Source: an uncultured Planctomycetaceae bacterium (GTDB lineage Bacteria; Planctomycetota; Planctomycetia; Planctomycetales; Planctomycetaceae). From it: a DNA stretch of 64,000 bases. Each line of letters opens with the position of its first letter. Position 1 is the first letter of the stretch. The position numbers and the translations under genes are program-made. The DNA is taken from positions 1-64,000 of the forward strand of contig CAXBME010000032.1 in assembly GCA_963976765.1 (NCBI GenBank). Reading direction: 5' to 3'. Under the pieces are notes generated by a model, which saw only the letters and a program-made list of their open reading frames with translations, did not search any database and was not told the origin of the DNA. This document shows, piece after piece, positions 9,327-18,651 of the stretch.

Positions 9327-10352
9327 CTATGGGATTGTTTCAAAGAGCTTTGCCAGTTCGAGTTCCGCTTGTAGTTCATCAAGGCATCGATTCTGCAGTT
9401 CCGAATTCGGCCGGCTCCTGAGAACAGCACCCAGATTCAGGTATGGATCGAACGGTTCCACTTCGACCGCCACGTCGTAGATTTCTCCGTCGTTGACCGT
9501 GATGTACTGCCGGCCTGAGTGATAGCCGCCCTGATTGCCCTGCATGATCCAGCCGGTACTGTAAGGAGCGGGGCAGGCCAGCCCGATATCGACAATGGCG
9601 ACGACATCGTTAGCAAAATGGATGACCGCGTGAAAACTGGTGTCACCGGCTGGTGTCACTGGCCGAACAGAGTCGCGTTCGCCCAGAACGAGAGTGTCTG
9701 ACCGAAAAGTCGCCACGATGTCCATGACTGAGGCGTCGGCCAAAGACAGTGCCTGAGCAATCCGGTGCGCCGCTAGATCTCGCAGCGTGGAACTGGTGAG
9801 GCGATCGCGCGATGTCTGATCGTTATCGGAAAGAGAAGGTAGCAGTGCGGCGGCCATGTCGTGCTGCAGGAATCGAAGATTTCGGACCGGACCGGCTTCA
9901 CCGGAAGCGACGACTTTGCATGCGCGACGGAAGTCCGGATCAGCATCGTGCGGACGCCAGACTTTGCAGAGTTTCCCCGTAGCGGCGGCTTCGCTGATCA
10001 GGCGCTGAAGGTTCTCGGGGCGGAAGAAGGACGATGGCTCAACGACGACGTGCCTGCCGGCTTGAAGGACCCGGACGGCGTTGTCGACACGGCTCTCAAT
10101 CGGACCTCCGACGAAGACAACATCAACGTCCGATCGTTTGAGCAGCTCGTCGATACTGCATACCGAGCAGCCAGGGACGGGGTCGTCCGGACTTTCAGCG
10201 TCGTCAGTTCGAGCGGCGGCGATCGGGATCAGTTCGTCACGGATGGCAGCGGTTTCGAGATGGAAGACCGCGTCGGGAGAAATTCCGATCGTGGCAATTC
10301 GCAGCGGAGCCGGGCATCCGAGCGGCTCAGTTGACCGCAGATCATCTGCCAT
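9327..10352 (-). CDS. Divergent Gfo/Idh/MocA family oxidoreductase
   Basis: DELLKRSDVDVV, AGRHVVVEP, RDLAAHRI; canonical motifs degenerate. Confidence 0.65.
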   Translation of the reverse strand: MADDLRSTEPLGCPAPLRIATIGISPDAVFHLETAAIRDELIPIAAARTDDAESPDDPVPGCSVCSIDELLKRSDVDVVFVGGPIESRVDNAVRVLQAGRHVVVEPSSFFRPENLQRLISEAAATGKLCKVWRPHDADPDFRRACKVVASGEAGPVRNLRFLQHDMAAALLPSLSDNDQTSRDRLTSSTLRDLAAHRIAQALSLADASVMDIVATFRSDTLVLGERDSVRPVTPAGDTSFHAVIHFANDVVAIVDIGLACPAPYSTGWIMQGNQGGYHSGRQYITVNDGEIYDVAVEVEPFDPYLNLGAVLRSRPNSELQNRCLDELQAELELAKLFETIP

Positions 10353-10382
10353 CTGTCAGAGTTCCTGCGAGGAAGGCTGGTT

Positions 10383-11174
10383 TCAGTAGAGCCACAATTC
10401 GTTTCCATTTTTGATAAGAGCAGGCTGTTGTGAAGTCAGAAGTCGAGACCGTTTCCAGCGTCGTTCGGCCGTGCCCTTCCAGACGGACAGATCGGCGACT
10501 GCACCGGCGCGTCGAAGCGAATTATCCGAAACACAGTGCGAAAGATAATGCTCCCACGCCTCACGACGACAGCGTCGGCGGATATGAATTGGGTCAAGTC
10601 CGTACCACTTTGCTTCCGGTGTCGTTGTCGAAACTGGACCGTCGCTGAACTGAAGCAATTGCTCATGTAGCGAGCTTCCTTCGACAAGAGCTGCTTCAAG
10701 AGTCAGCGTTGAATTTGGAAAGAGCACTCGCCGGAAGAATTCGAAACGCGACCCTGACAGGCTGTGCAGTGAGGCGATCGGTAAGCCGGTGACGAGCGTG
10801 TGCTGAGTGTGAGAGGCCAGACGGTCGACCGCTTCGTTGACCCAGCTCATCGTTTGAACCGCGTTGATGCCGTAAAGCAGATCGTTTCCGACGTCGGTGA
10901 CGATGGCGTGGAAGGACGACGACTCTCTGAATTTGTCGAGCGACTCCCAGATCCCGCATTCCAGAATGCCTGGCAGCGTTCGATTAAGAACTGTGTTGGG
11001 CAGGCCGAACGATCGGCCATGACCGGCGGCAATGACAAGGCGGAACGGTTCCGTCAACGATCGCTGAAGCGTTGACCAGATGACCGGCAGTGAGAACGTC
11101 ACATTGCTGGCGCCGAGAATGATAATCGTCCGCACGCTGTATCTCCGCCGGTGCCTGCCGAGGGTCTGGAGCAC
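10383..11174 (-). CDS. SGNH/GDSL-like hypothetical protein
   Basis: ILGASN, DVGNDL, DPIH blocks resemble SGNH blocks I, III and V; start uncertain. Confidence 0.6.
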   Translation of the reverse strand: MLQTLGRHRRRYSVRTIIILGASNVTFSLPVIWSTLQRSLTEPFRLVIAAGHGRSFGLPNTVLNRTLPGILECGIWESLDKFRESSSFHAIVTDVGNDLLYGINAVQTMSWVNEAVDRLASHTQHTLVTGLPIASLHSLSGSRFEFFRRVLFPNSTLTLEAALVEGSSLHEQLLQFSDGPVSTTTPEAKWYGLDPIHIRRRCRREAWEHYLSHCVSDNSLRRAGAVADLSVWKGTAERRWKRSRLLTSQQPALIKNGNELWLY

Positions 11175-11269
11175 TTTCAGAATTCGTTTTCACTGTCTTG
11201 CAGGAAGGCCACAAAGGAAACAATGGCAGTTCCGGGCGCCAGTTCCTGCACAGAAACCATGAAAATGGT

Positions 11270-12223
11270 CTAGCAGTCCAGGTCGGCGCCGGGGTCGTTA
11301 TTTTCCGGACGGCCTTCAATGTAGAACCAGTTATGGATCGGCTTGAGAATTTCCAGAACCTCGGCGAGCAACGTTTCGTCGATCGGCTGTTCGGCCCAGT
11401 CCACCCACTGGCTGACTCGATCAGGATTCGCGGAGCCGGTGACGCAGGTCGTCATGTCCGGGTTGGCGATCGAGTATTGCAGAGCCAGCTGAGCGAGGTC
11501 GATTCCGGCAGCCACGCAGCGGTCAGAGGCGGCTTTGGCGACGGCTTTAACGTGCTCTGGGGCTCGATGCCAGACGGGCAGGGGGGCACTGGTCAGCAGG
11601 CGTGCCGAGAACGGCGCCGCATTCATGATGCCAACGCCCTTTTTCTTCAGGAACGGAATCAGGTCGCCGAACATCGTGTTCTGAAGCGTGTAATGGTTGT
11701 AAGAAAGGACGACGTCCAACGGTTCCTGCGAGAGGATTTCTTTGAAGATTTTCATCGGGTAACCGCTCATTCCGATGAACCGAACTTTGCCTTGTTCTTT
11801 GGCTTTCCGCAGAGCCGGGATCGTTTCTTCGACGATCTGCTTGAGGTCGACAAACTCGACGTCGTGCATCAGGCAGATGTCGAGATACTCAACGCCCAGC
11901 CGATGCAGGCTGACATCGACACTTTCAGCAACTCGCTTTGCAGAGAAGTCGAAGTGAGCACCGTCGTAGCGTCCGAGTTTTGTCCCGAGGTAGTAGCTGT
12001 CACGCGGGATGCCCTTCAGAGCCGGTCCGAGCAGCACTTCGGACATGCCTCGTCCATAGAACGGCGACGTATCGACAAAATTCATGCCTCGGTCGAGCGC
12101 GACGTGGACAGCCCGCATGGCTTCGTTGATGTCAATCTGTCGAAACTCCGCCCCCAGCGAAGACGCACCGAAACTCAGCGACGACAATTCGAGTCCTGTA
12201 TTTCCCAGCGGTCGCATTTCCAT
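11270..12223 (-). CDS. Aldo/keto reductase (L-galactose/L-fucose dehydrogenase-like)
   Basis: LGNTG, DTSPFYG, TKLGRY, SLHRLGVEYLD, GKVRFIGMSG; GGAG RBS before ATG 12223. Confidence 0.9.
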   Translation of the reverse strand: MEMRPLGNTGLELSSLSFGASSLGAEFRQIDINEAMRAVHVALDRGMNFVDTSPFYGRGMSEVLLGPALKGIPRDSYYLGTKLGRYDGAHFDFSAKRVAESVDVSLHRLGVEYLDICLMHDVEFVDLKQIVEETIPALRKAKEQGKVRFIGMSGYPMKIFKEILSQEPLDVVLSYNHYTLQNTMFGDLIPFLKKKGVGIMNAAPFSARLLTSAPLPVWHRAPEHVKAVAKAASDRCVAAGIDLAQLALQYSIANPDMTTCVTGSANPDRVSQWVDWAEQPIDETLLAEVLEILKPIHNWFYIEGRPENNDPGADLDC

Positions 12224-12536
12224 CGTCGCGTCTCCAAAATTCAAATCGTGAGCGGTTTTTGGGCAGTCAGGACGGCATTACAGGGAAGGTGACAGGAATC
12301 CGCAAGTCGCCTGAACCAGACGCAAAGGCATTCAAGAGGCGAAGAACTGCACGGTTATCGAGCGTCGAGCTCTGCGACTCGCATCTTTGTGCCAGACTTC
12401 CCAACGACTGAGAATTCGACGCGGAAATTTGAGAGAATGCGAGCCCGCAAACGTTGCCTGCGTCTACCATTGTTCGATAAGAAACCTGACCCGCTGATCA
12501 TTTGCCGGATTTCCGCTTAAAGAGACGTTGTTTGAG

Positions 12537-13925
12537 ATGTCCGAAAAACACGATTCATTGTCAATCAATCTGATTCTTTGCGTGCTGGCTCTTCTGGTCG
12601 GTGGCGGAGGCTTTGCGGGCCTGGCGTCGCTTCGTGAAGAGCCGGCAAAGCGGGAAGTCGAAACGAAAGTTTTCAATGTCGAAGTTTTCGAGGTCCAGAG
12701 AGTCAACCTGCAGGAAGTCGTCAAAGGGTTTGGTTCGGTCGTTGCCGAGCGAGAAGTTGTTTACTCGGCGCAGGTGTCGGGTGAGGTGACGTCGGTCAGC
12801 CCAAGGCTGAAGGTGGGCGAAGCGGTTTCGGGGCCAACGTTTTTTCCAAACAATCCTGTGTTCGAGGCCGGGTCGAGTCAGACCGAAGGCGACGTGCTGC
12901 TGACGATTGATCCCGAGGTCTATCACGAGAGGCTGGCGCGGGCCGATCACGCTGTCGAAGAAGCTCTGGCTGAACTGAGGACGCTGCAGAAGCAGGAAGA
13001 AAACAACACGCGGCTCTTGAGCACCGCGACTAGAAATTACAACATCGCGAAGGCCGATCACGAGCGGATGGAACGGCTCGCCAAAGACGGCACGGTTACG
13101 CAGAATCAGCTCGCGCTTTCACAGCTTGAAGAACGGCGGTACGAGCAGGCATTCATCGAGGTCGATAATCAGCACTCGCTGTTCCCGGCGCAGCGTCAGC
13201 GTCTGCTGAAACAACTCGACCGATTTCAGGCGGATAAAAAGCTGGCTTCGATCGACGTGCGACGGACCGAAGTGCGTGCGCCCTTTTCGGGAATGCTGAC
13301 GGAAGTGCGTGTCGAAAAAGGTCAGTACGTTCAGCCGGGAACGCCGCTTTTTCGAGTCACTCAGATCGACGCTGTCGAGATCGCCATCCCGCTTCATCCT
13401 CTGGATTTTGCAAAGATCGCCGAGCTGGTGCTTGCTGGTGAGCAGCCGAAGGTTCAACTCGCCGAGAACGAAGTGGCATCGTCGCGCTGGAACGGTCGAG
13501 TCGTCCGGATTTCTCCGGAAGCTGACGCGGCGACGCGAACCATTGATGTCTTTGTCGAAGTTCAAAACTCGTTGGAAGGTCAACCTGCGGCTGTTCCGTT
13601 GTTGCCAGGCAGCTTCGTGCAGGCTCGGATTGAAGGGCCGGTTTTGAACGACGTCATTGTCGTGCCACGCGCGACCGTCATTGGCAACGCCGCCGGATCA
13701 ACGCGAGTCTACGTCGAACGAAACGGCAAAGCTGTCGAGGTTCCGGTTGAGGTTTCACGCCGACTGGAAGCTCAGGCGTTTATCAGCTCCGGCCTGGAAC
13801 CTGGCGACCGGGTCGTAATGACCAACCTCGACGCGATCACCAACGGCTCGCAGATTGCCGTACAGGCAACGACTACTCCTGCCGAATCACTTCGCGACGG
13901 CCAGACTCTGATCATGCGTGAGTAA
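12537..13925 (+). CDS. Efflux RND transporter periplasmic adaptor (membrane fusion protein)
   Basis: N-terminal TM, lipoyl half-motifs (AQVSGEV; RAPFSG...VEKGQYV), coiled coil, ISPEADAATRT, GLEPGDRVV. Confidence 0.85.
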   Translation: MSEKHDSLSINLILCVLALLVGGGGFAGLASLREEPAKREVETKVFNVEVFEVQRVNLQEVVKGFGSVVAEREVVYSAQVSGEVTSVSPRLKVGEAVSGPTFFPNNPVFEAGSSQTEGDVLLTIDPEVYHERLARADHAVEEALAELRTLQKQEENNTRLLSTATRNYNIAKADHERMERLAKDGTVTQNQLALSQLEERRYEQAFIEVDNQHSLFPAQRQRLLKQLDRFQADKKLASIDVRRTEVRAPFSGMLTEVRVEKGQYVQPGTPLFRVTQIDAVEIAIPLHPLDFAKIAELVLAGEQPKVQLAENEVASSRWNGRVVRISPEADAATRTIDVFVEVQNSLEGQPAAVPLLPGSFVQARIEGPVLNDVIVVPRATVIGNAAGSTRVYVERNGKAVEVPVEVSRRLEAQAFISSGLEPGDRVVMTNLDAITNGSQIAVQATTTPAESLRDGQTLIMRE

Positions 13926-13964
13926 ATCGGTGTCGCCTCGCCCTGACCGGCGATTCAATACTTG

Positions 13965-14654
13965 TCACGGGGTCACGCTGAGTGGCTGACCGTTCTGCGA
14001 AGGTCGGATACTCAGAATGTAGGGCACGGCGTAGTGGCTCCATTCGTCGGGATTGGGACAGTGGGCGGCGCCGGATCCGAAGCAGCTTTGCAGCAGTTCG
14101 GTGTTGATGATCCCTGGGTTCAGCGGGATCGCTGCCATGCCGTCGGGAAGTTCCTGAGCGAGTGACTGTGTCAAGCCTTCGATCGCCCACTTCGTCGCGC
14201 AGTACGGGCCGACTTCCGGCGACGTCGATCGTCCCCAGCCCGAGCTGAAGTTCACAATGATGCCACTGCGGCGTTCAACCATCGCCGGCACAAAATGACG
14301 CAGAACGTTGGCAACGCCTTTGATGTTTACATCAACGACGTTGTCAAAGTCGGCAGCGGAAACTTCCCAGACCGGGGCGTTTGGATTCACCGTCGCGGCG
14401 TTGTTCAGCAGCAGGTCCGGCGGACCGAGTTCTGCAATCACGCTTTCTGCCCAGCCGGCAACCTGAGCATCATCAACCACGTCGACACCGTCGAACCGGC
14501 TCGGCCTTCCGAACGACGACTCCAGAGCCTTGATGTCAGACAATGATCGTCCGCAGCCCGCGACTGTGTGTCCTTCTTCAATCAGACGAGCGGCCATCGC
14601 TCGTCCGAGTCCCCGCGTCGCTCCAGTGATCACAACGACCTTGCTGTCTGACAC
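13965..14654 (-). CDS. SDR family oxidoreductase
   Basis: TGATRGLG, NNAA, SSGWG, YCATK (YxxxK). Confidence 0.92.
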   Translation of the reverse strand: MSDSKVVVITGATRGLGRAMAARLIEEGHTVAGCGRSLSDIKALESSFGRPSRFDGVDVVDDAQVAGWAESVIAELGPPDLLLNNAATVNPNAPVWEVSAADFDNVVDVNIKGVANVLRHFVPAMVERRSGIIVNFSSGWGRSTSPEVGPYCATKWAIEGLTQSLAQELPDGMAAIPLNPGIINTELLQSCFGSGAAHCPNPDEWSHYAVPYILSIRPSQNGQPLSVTP

Positions 14655-14836
14655 AACTGATTCCTTTTTCGTCGACGAGTTCGTTCAATTCAGTCCGAGG
14701 CGTAATCGTAGCTTTCCCGACCGTGAAGACGCGAGACATCCGCTGCCGTGTGCCGTATTCTCCGCGTCATTGACGCAGGTCGGGCTCTGCCTGACGAAAT
14801 CGATGTCTCGACCATCAACAACTGTCATGAAGTTTG

Positions 14837-14910
14837 AACCACGGAAGACACTGAATTGCACGGAGAAAATGATTCCTGTCTTCCGTGTTTTTTCCGTTCG
14901 TTCCGTTGTG
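14837..14910. repeat. ACCACGGAA-type imperfect palindromic intergenic repeat, copy 1
   Basis: AACCACGGAAGACACTGAA...TTCCGTGTTTTTTCCGTTCGTTCCGTTGT; reverse complement nearly identical to 51929-51966. Confidence 0.75.
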
Positions 14911-15000
14911 AAACCATTGATTGGTACCATCAGGCGAAGCCTGGCCTGCATGACATTTTCGATAATGCAACAACACTGAAACCGTCTCGGAACATTCGCC

Positions 15001-15978
15001 ATGACAAACATCATCACGCTTGAGTCTGCCGACTCAGATTCTTCGGCCCGCATTTCCGTAGACCGAGGTTTCAACTGCTTCGAATTCAAAGCCGACGTCG
15101 ATGGTCGCATTGTCGACGTGATTGATTCCCAGGATGGCTTTGCCGACGGAGAAGGCCGAGTCAGTGGAAACGGCATCCCGCTGCTCTTTCCGTTTCCGAA
15201 CCGAATCAAAAGCGGAGCTTTTTTTTGGGCGGGTAAGGAGTATCAGCTTCCCGCAGACAAAGTCGGTTACGACAACACCGGCAACGCAATTCACGGATTC
15301 TGCATTGATCGTCCCTGGCGGGTTGTCGCGCAAGGGGATGACTTCGCCATTGGCGAGTTTCAGTTAAGCGAAGACGCTCCCGATCGACTCGACTTGTGGC
15401 CGGCGGACTTCGTCATTCGTGTGCAGTACGAACTTTCCGGCTCGACGCTGCACTCGAAGTTCGAAATCTACAACCCGGACAAAGTCGCTCTGCCGTGGGG
15501 ACTGGGCACGCACGCCTACTTCAAGCTGCCGATGACCGCCGAGACGGAAGCCACCAAATGCCTCTGTCTGGCACCGGTGACTGAGCAATGGGAACTGACC
15601 GACTGTCTGCCGAGCGGCAAGAAGACTCCGCTGCCGACCGACTTCCCACTGACTGACGGAGTGTACTTCGGCGAGCGAAAACTGGACGACGTTTTCAGCG
15701 GAGTCCCCGCCGACATCGTCGAGTGCCTGATGATGGACGAAGCCGCCGGCCTGCAGATCGCTCAGCGAAACCCCGGCACCTTCCAGGAACTGGTGATCTA
15801 CACCCCGCCGAATCGCAACGCCATCTGCTTCGAGCCCTACACCTGCGTCACCGACGCCATCAACCTGGAACAAAGCCAGGCGGCCAAAGACGGCCTCAAC
15901 ACCGGCTGGAAAACCCTCGGCCCCGGCGAAATGTTCTCCACCTGGATCGACATCTCAGCGGAGCAGATTCTGGTCTGA
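15001..15978 (+). CDS. Aldose 1-epimerase family protein
   Basis: LFPFPNRI, AIHG, GTHAYF, LDDVF, ICFEP motifs. Confidence 0.9.
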   Translation: MTNIITLESADSDSSARISVDRGFNCFEFKADVDGRIVDVIDSQDGFADGEGRVSGNGIPLLFPFPNRIKSGAFFWAGKEYQLPADKVGYDNTGNAIHGFCIDRPWRVVAQGDDFAIGEFQLSEDAPDRLDLWPADFVIRVQYELSGSTLHSKFEIYNPDKVALPWGLGTHAYFKLPMTAETEATKCLCLAPVTEQWELTDCLPSGKKTPLPTDFPLTDGVYFGERKLDDVFSGVPADIVECLMMDEAAGLQIAQRNPGTFQELVIYTPPNRNAICFEPYTCVTDAINLEQSQAAKDGLNTGWKTLGPGEMFSTWIDISAEQILV

Positions 15979-16449
15979 CTGCGGCCATGAATTTGAATTG
16001 GCACCAGTCGAAGAAGGTGGGGCACGGAATGGGTTTGGGGCGGCGTAGAGCATTGATTCAAATGGACACTATGTTAGCCGGGGTTATCAATTGATATGCA
16101 ACGGACGCTAAGTAGTACTGACAGAATTCGGGAACAAATCTCACGATTGGAAGTCTTACAAACTTGCTGATTTTCAAAATGTCTGGATGTCTGGTGAAGG
16201 TATTGAGTGGCGAAGGAGAGAGTTTTTGCCCAATCGTAAAGTAGTTGCCCGTTGCCCCCAGTCATTGACAGTCAAATTCTTCAGATAAGGAGGTGTGGAA
16301 AAGCAAAAAAAAGTGCAAATTCGTCAGATTGTTCGGTTGGTACGATTTTGTTCAGTTGTTCCAATTCTGGGTTAAAAGAAATCGGGTCTGTAGCTACAAC
16401 TTGGTAAGCATCGATTTCGTTTATGTACGAGAGTAGGGATTGGTGCGAC

Positions 16450-16686
16450 ATGCAGCCAGTAGATTGGTTTGGATTTTGTTCCTGTGTCTCGCTCGCAGTG
16501 TTCTTGTGGGCCGTGTACAGAAGGTTTGTTTGCCGCTGGTCCTGGAACGACATTGTCAGTGAAATGCTGTGGCCGTTTCTAATGGCCGCCCTGTTTGGGT
16601 TTGGCTTCGGCATGATGCTTGCTTTTGCAAAAGCGGCAGGTCTCGTATTCTACCGAGTTGAGCGGAGTTCCCAGCTTTCCGCCTGA
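16450..16686 (+). CDS. Hypothetical 2-TM protein; possibly the N-terminal part of a frameshifted gene with 16719..17795
   Basis: Two hydrophobic segments; the downstream frame is open from 16662. Confidence 0.45.
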   Translation: MQPVDWFGFCSCVSLAVFLWAVYRRFVCRWSWNDIVSEMLWPFLMAALFGFGFGMMLAFAKAAGLVFYRVERSSQLSA

Positions 16687-16718
16687 TTGATGTCAAGCAG
16701 GTCAATGTAAGGAAGATT

Positions 16719-17795
16719 TTGATGGACAACGAGAACGCGGATATAATTCCGATAGACTCGATAAATGGTATCAAAGATTTCTGGATGGCCATTTTGGTGG
16801 CGTTGGGCTTCGGGATTAGTTTGTTGATAGTCGGCAGTTTCGTGCTCGACAATATCCGTTCGATTGAGCAGAGAGACTCGTTCGCTCCATACGCTGCAAC
16901 TCTCAATCTGATCGTTCTCGGCGTTATTGGCTTTGCCGCTATAAGAGTGCGAAGATCATGGAAGAACCGGCAGGGTATCTACGGGCGACTCTCTTTTGAG
17001 CTGATGGCCTTGGCGATCGAATATCTTGATGAGCATGGGAAGCCGGCTGAAGCAGCCGATGTTGATCAGGAATTGGCTTGGAATTATCGGGCGCTCTTGC
17101 TTGAGTACGTTGCCGATAGCGAGGCAAGGCAGCGTGCCCCTGCATTGAGACAGCCGGATGCGCTTGCCGCGCAAGAAATTCTGAGAGAGTTGAAGAATCT
17201 TGAGGATGCTGAGCAGCTTCCGGACGAGAAAGGGCGGGAAAAGATTCGAAGAGTTGGTGCTCGACTGTTTCGCTCCGCCGCAAGTTTTCAGGGGCGTTCA
17301 GGAATTACTTGGTTGAATCGAGGCAATGAACAGCTTGTAAAGGATGGACTTGCGGATCTCGGGAAGCAAGCCTTGGCAAAGTTTTTGGAGATCATCGGTA
17401 GTGAAGTTCCACTGACGTTTGCAGATGTGGAGAGTTGCTGTTTATGTAGCCGAACGGTGTTTGTAAGTGGGATCATCAGGCCGTCTAGCTTTGTTTCAGG
17501 TGACGCTGGGGAACAGATTCGTAAGTTCCTTTCGAAGCTCAATTTTCTGATTGACGGTTTGGAATCCAAGTCGATCGCGCCGTCGTGCAGTTCGGAAGCG
17601 GCAGAGCGATTAGAGTTTTACATTACGAGCATGAGACGCAGACATCGCGTGCTTGAACTATGGTTTACGCCTGAAGGTAGCGATGTGACTCATCGATCAG
17701 CAGAAGTTTATTTCCGGACTCCAGACGTTATTTTGAGAATTGCTGCGCTGCTTGATGAAGAGTGTCAGCGGCTGAAGATTTCGTACTCGATGTAG
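16719..17795 (+). CDS. Hypothetical membrane protein in an AT-richer segment
   Basis: 358-aa ORF, two N-terminal TM helices then a soluble region; no family recognised. Confidence 0.65.
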   Translation: MMDNENADIIPIDSINGIKDFWMAILVALGFGISLLIVGSFVLDNIRSIEQRDSFAPYAATLNLIVLGVIGFAAIRVRRSWKNRQGIYGRLSFELMALAIEYLDEHGKPAEAADVDQELAWNYRALLLEYVADSEARQRAPALRQPDALAAQEILRELKNLEDAEQLPDEKGREKIRRVGARLFRSAASFQGRSGITWLNRGNEQLVKDGLADLGKQALAKFLEIIGSEVPLTFADVESCCLCSRTVFVSGIIRPSSFVSGDAGEQIRKFLSKLNFLIDGLESKSIAPSCSSEAAERLEFYITSMRRRHRVLELWFTPEGSDVTHRSAEVYFRTPDVILRIAALLDEECQRLKISYSM

Positions 17796-18012
17796 GCAGA
17801 TCGTTTAAAATGGCGAAGTCGCGGTTAGTCACTGTGTGCTCGGCTTTCGAATGCTTTCTTTAATGGGACGTCGCTGGTTTCACTGATTCATCGTTCAAGC
17901 GTTATAGGTCCACCGGAGATTCTTGACTAGGTTCGGCAACATTGCTTGTGGACCGGCTGGGGGACGCTGTTGAGATTGTGCCAGTGCGGTGTCACTCAGA
18001 CTCTGGCCTTGA

Positions 18013-18588
18013 TCAGAGATTCTCAAACCAGGACGGATCGGGGCAAGTCAGGGTTGGCAAGTCCGAATCGATCGAATTGTTGAAGTAGAAGCGGGCATTT
18101 GGCCATTTCCAGTCGATAGCTTTCTTGCATAACCGTCGTTTGGCAGGATTCATATGGATGTAGTCGATTGACGCTGCGATCGCTTCAGGGCTGAAAATGT
18201 TTCGGTCGAATTCCGAGCCCTCCTGCCAGAATCGGAAGCAGTACTTGCCAGGACGCTCGCGAACAGTGAGCTTTTCAATCAGAGTTGAGCTCGCGTCGAC
18301 GAGAATCTGCTTTGAGGCTGGTTGCTTCGTTCGGGCCAACAGACGGCTGACATTTGATGTGGGTGCCAATGGTACGGCAAGCAGATGCACATGCTCGGGC
18401 ATGAACACGAAGGCAACCAACCCGAAGCCTTCTGTTGTGCAAGCGGCTTGAAGAGATTCGGCAAGAATTCCACGCCACACATCATTCGTCAGGAGAGGCA
18501 TCCTTCGGTAGCATGAAAACGTGAGTTCATGCAGATGCCTTTCGTCCTGAAAATGACGAACTTGTTTTCTGTGATACTCTGTGTTCAT
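18013..18588 (-). mobile_element. REP-associated tyrosine transposase (RAYT, Y1/HUH family)
   Basis: HELTFSC, FVFMPEHVHLL (HUH), FWQEG..FDRNI, YIHMNP (catalytic Tyr), DWKW; REP at 18613-18636. Confidence 0.88.
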
Positions 18589-18612
18589 TACTTGAGTGTA
18601 GCTTGTGGACAG

Positions 18613-18636
18613 GCACTGGCAGAGCCAGTGGCACAC
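18613..18636. repeat. REP palindrome adjacent to RAYT
   Basis: GCACTGGC-AGA-GCCAGTG-GCACAC; near-identical copy at 50528-50551. Confidence 0.8.
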
Positions 18637-18651
18637 ATGGTAGGAGCTGAC

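Noticed and set aside
11198..12292. Long opposite-strand ORFs (also 39783..40940, 42409..43458, 52867..53826, 55783..57024, 57384..58487)
   Set aside because: Shadow ORFs of well-supported genes in GC-rich DNA, with no recognisable motifs
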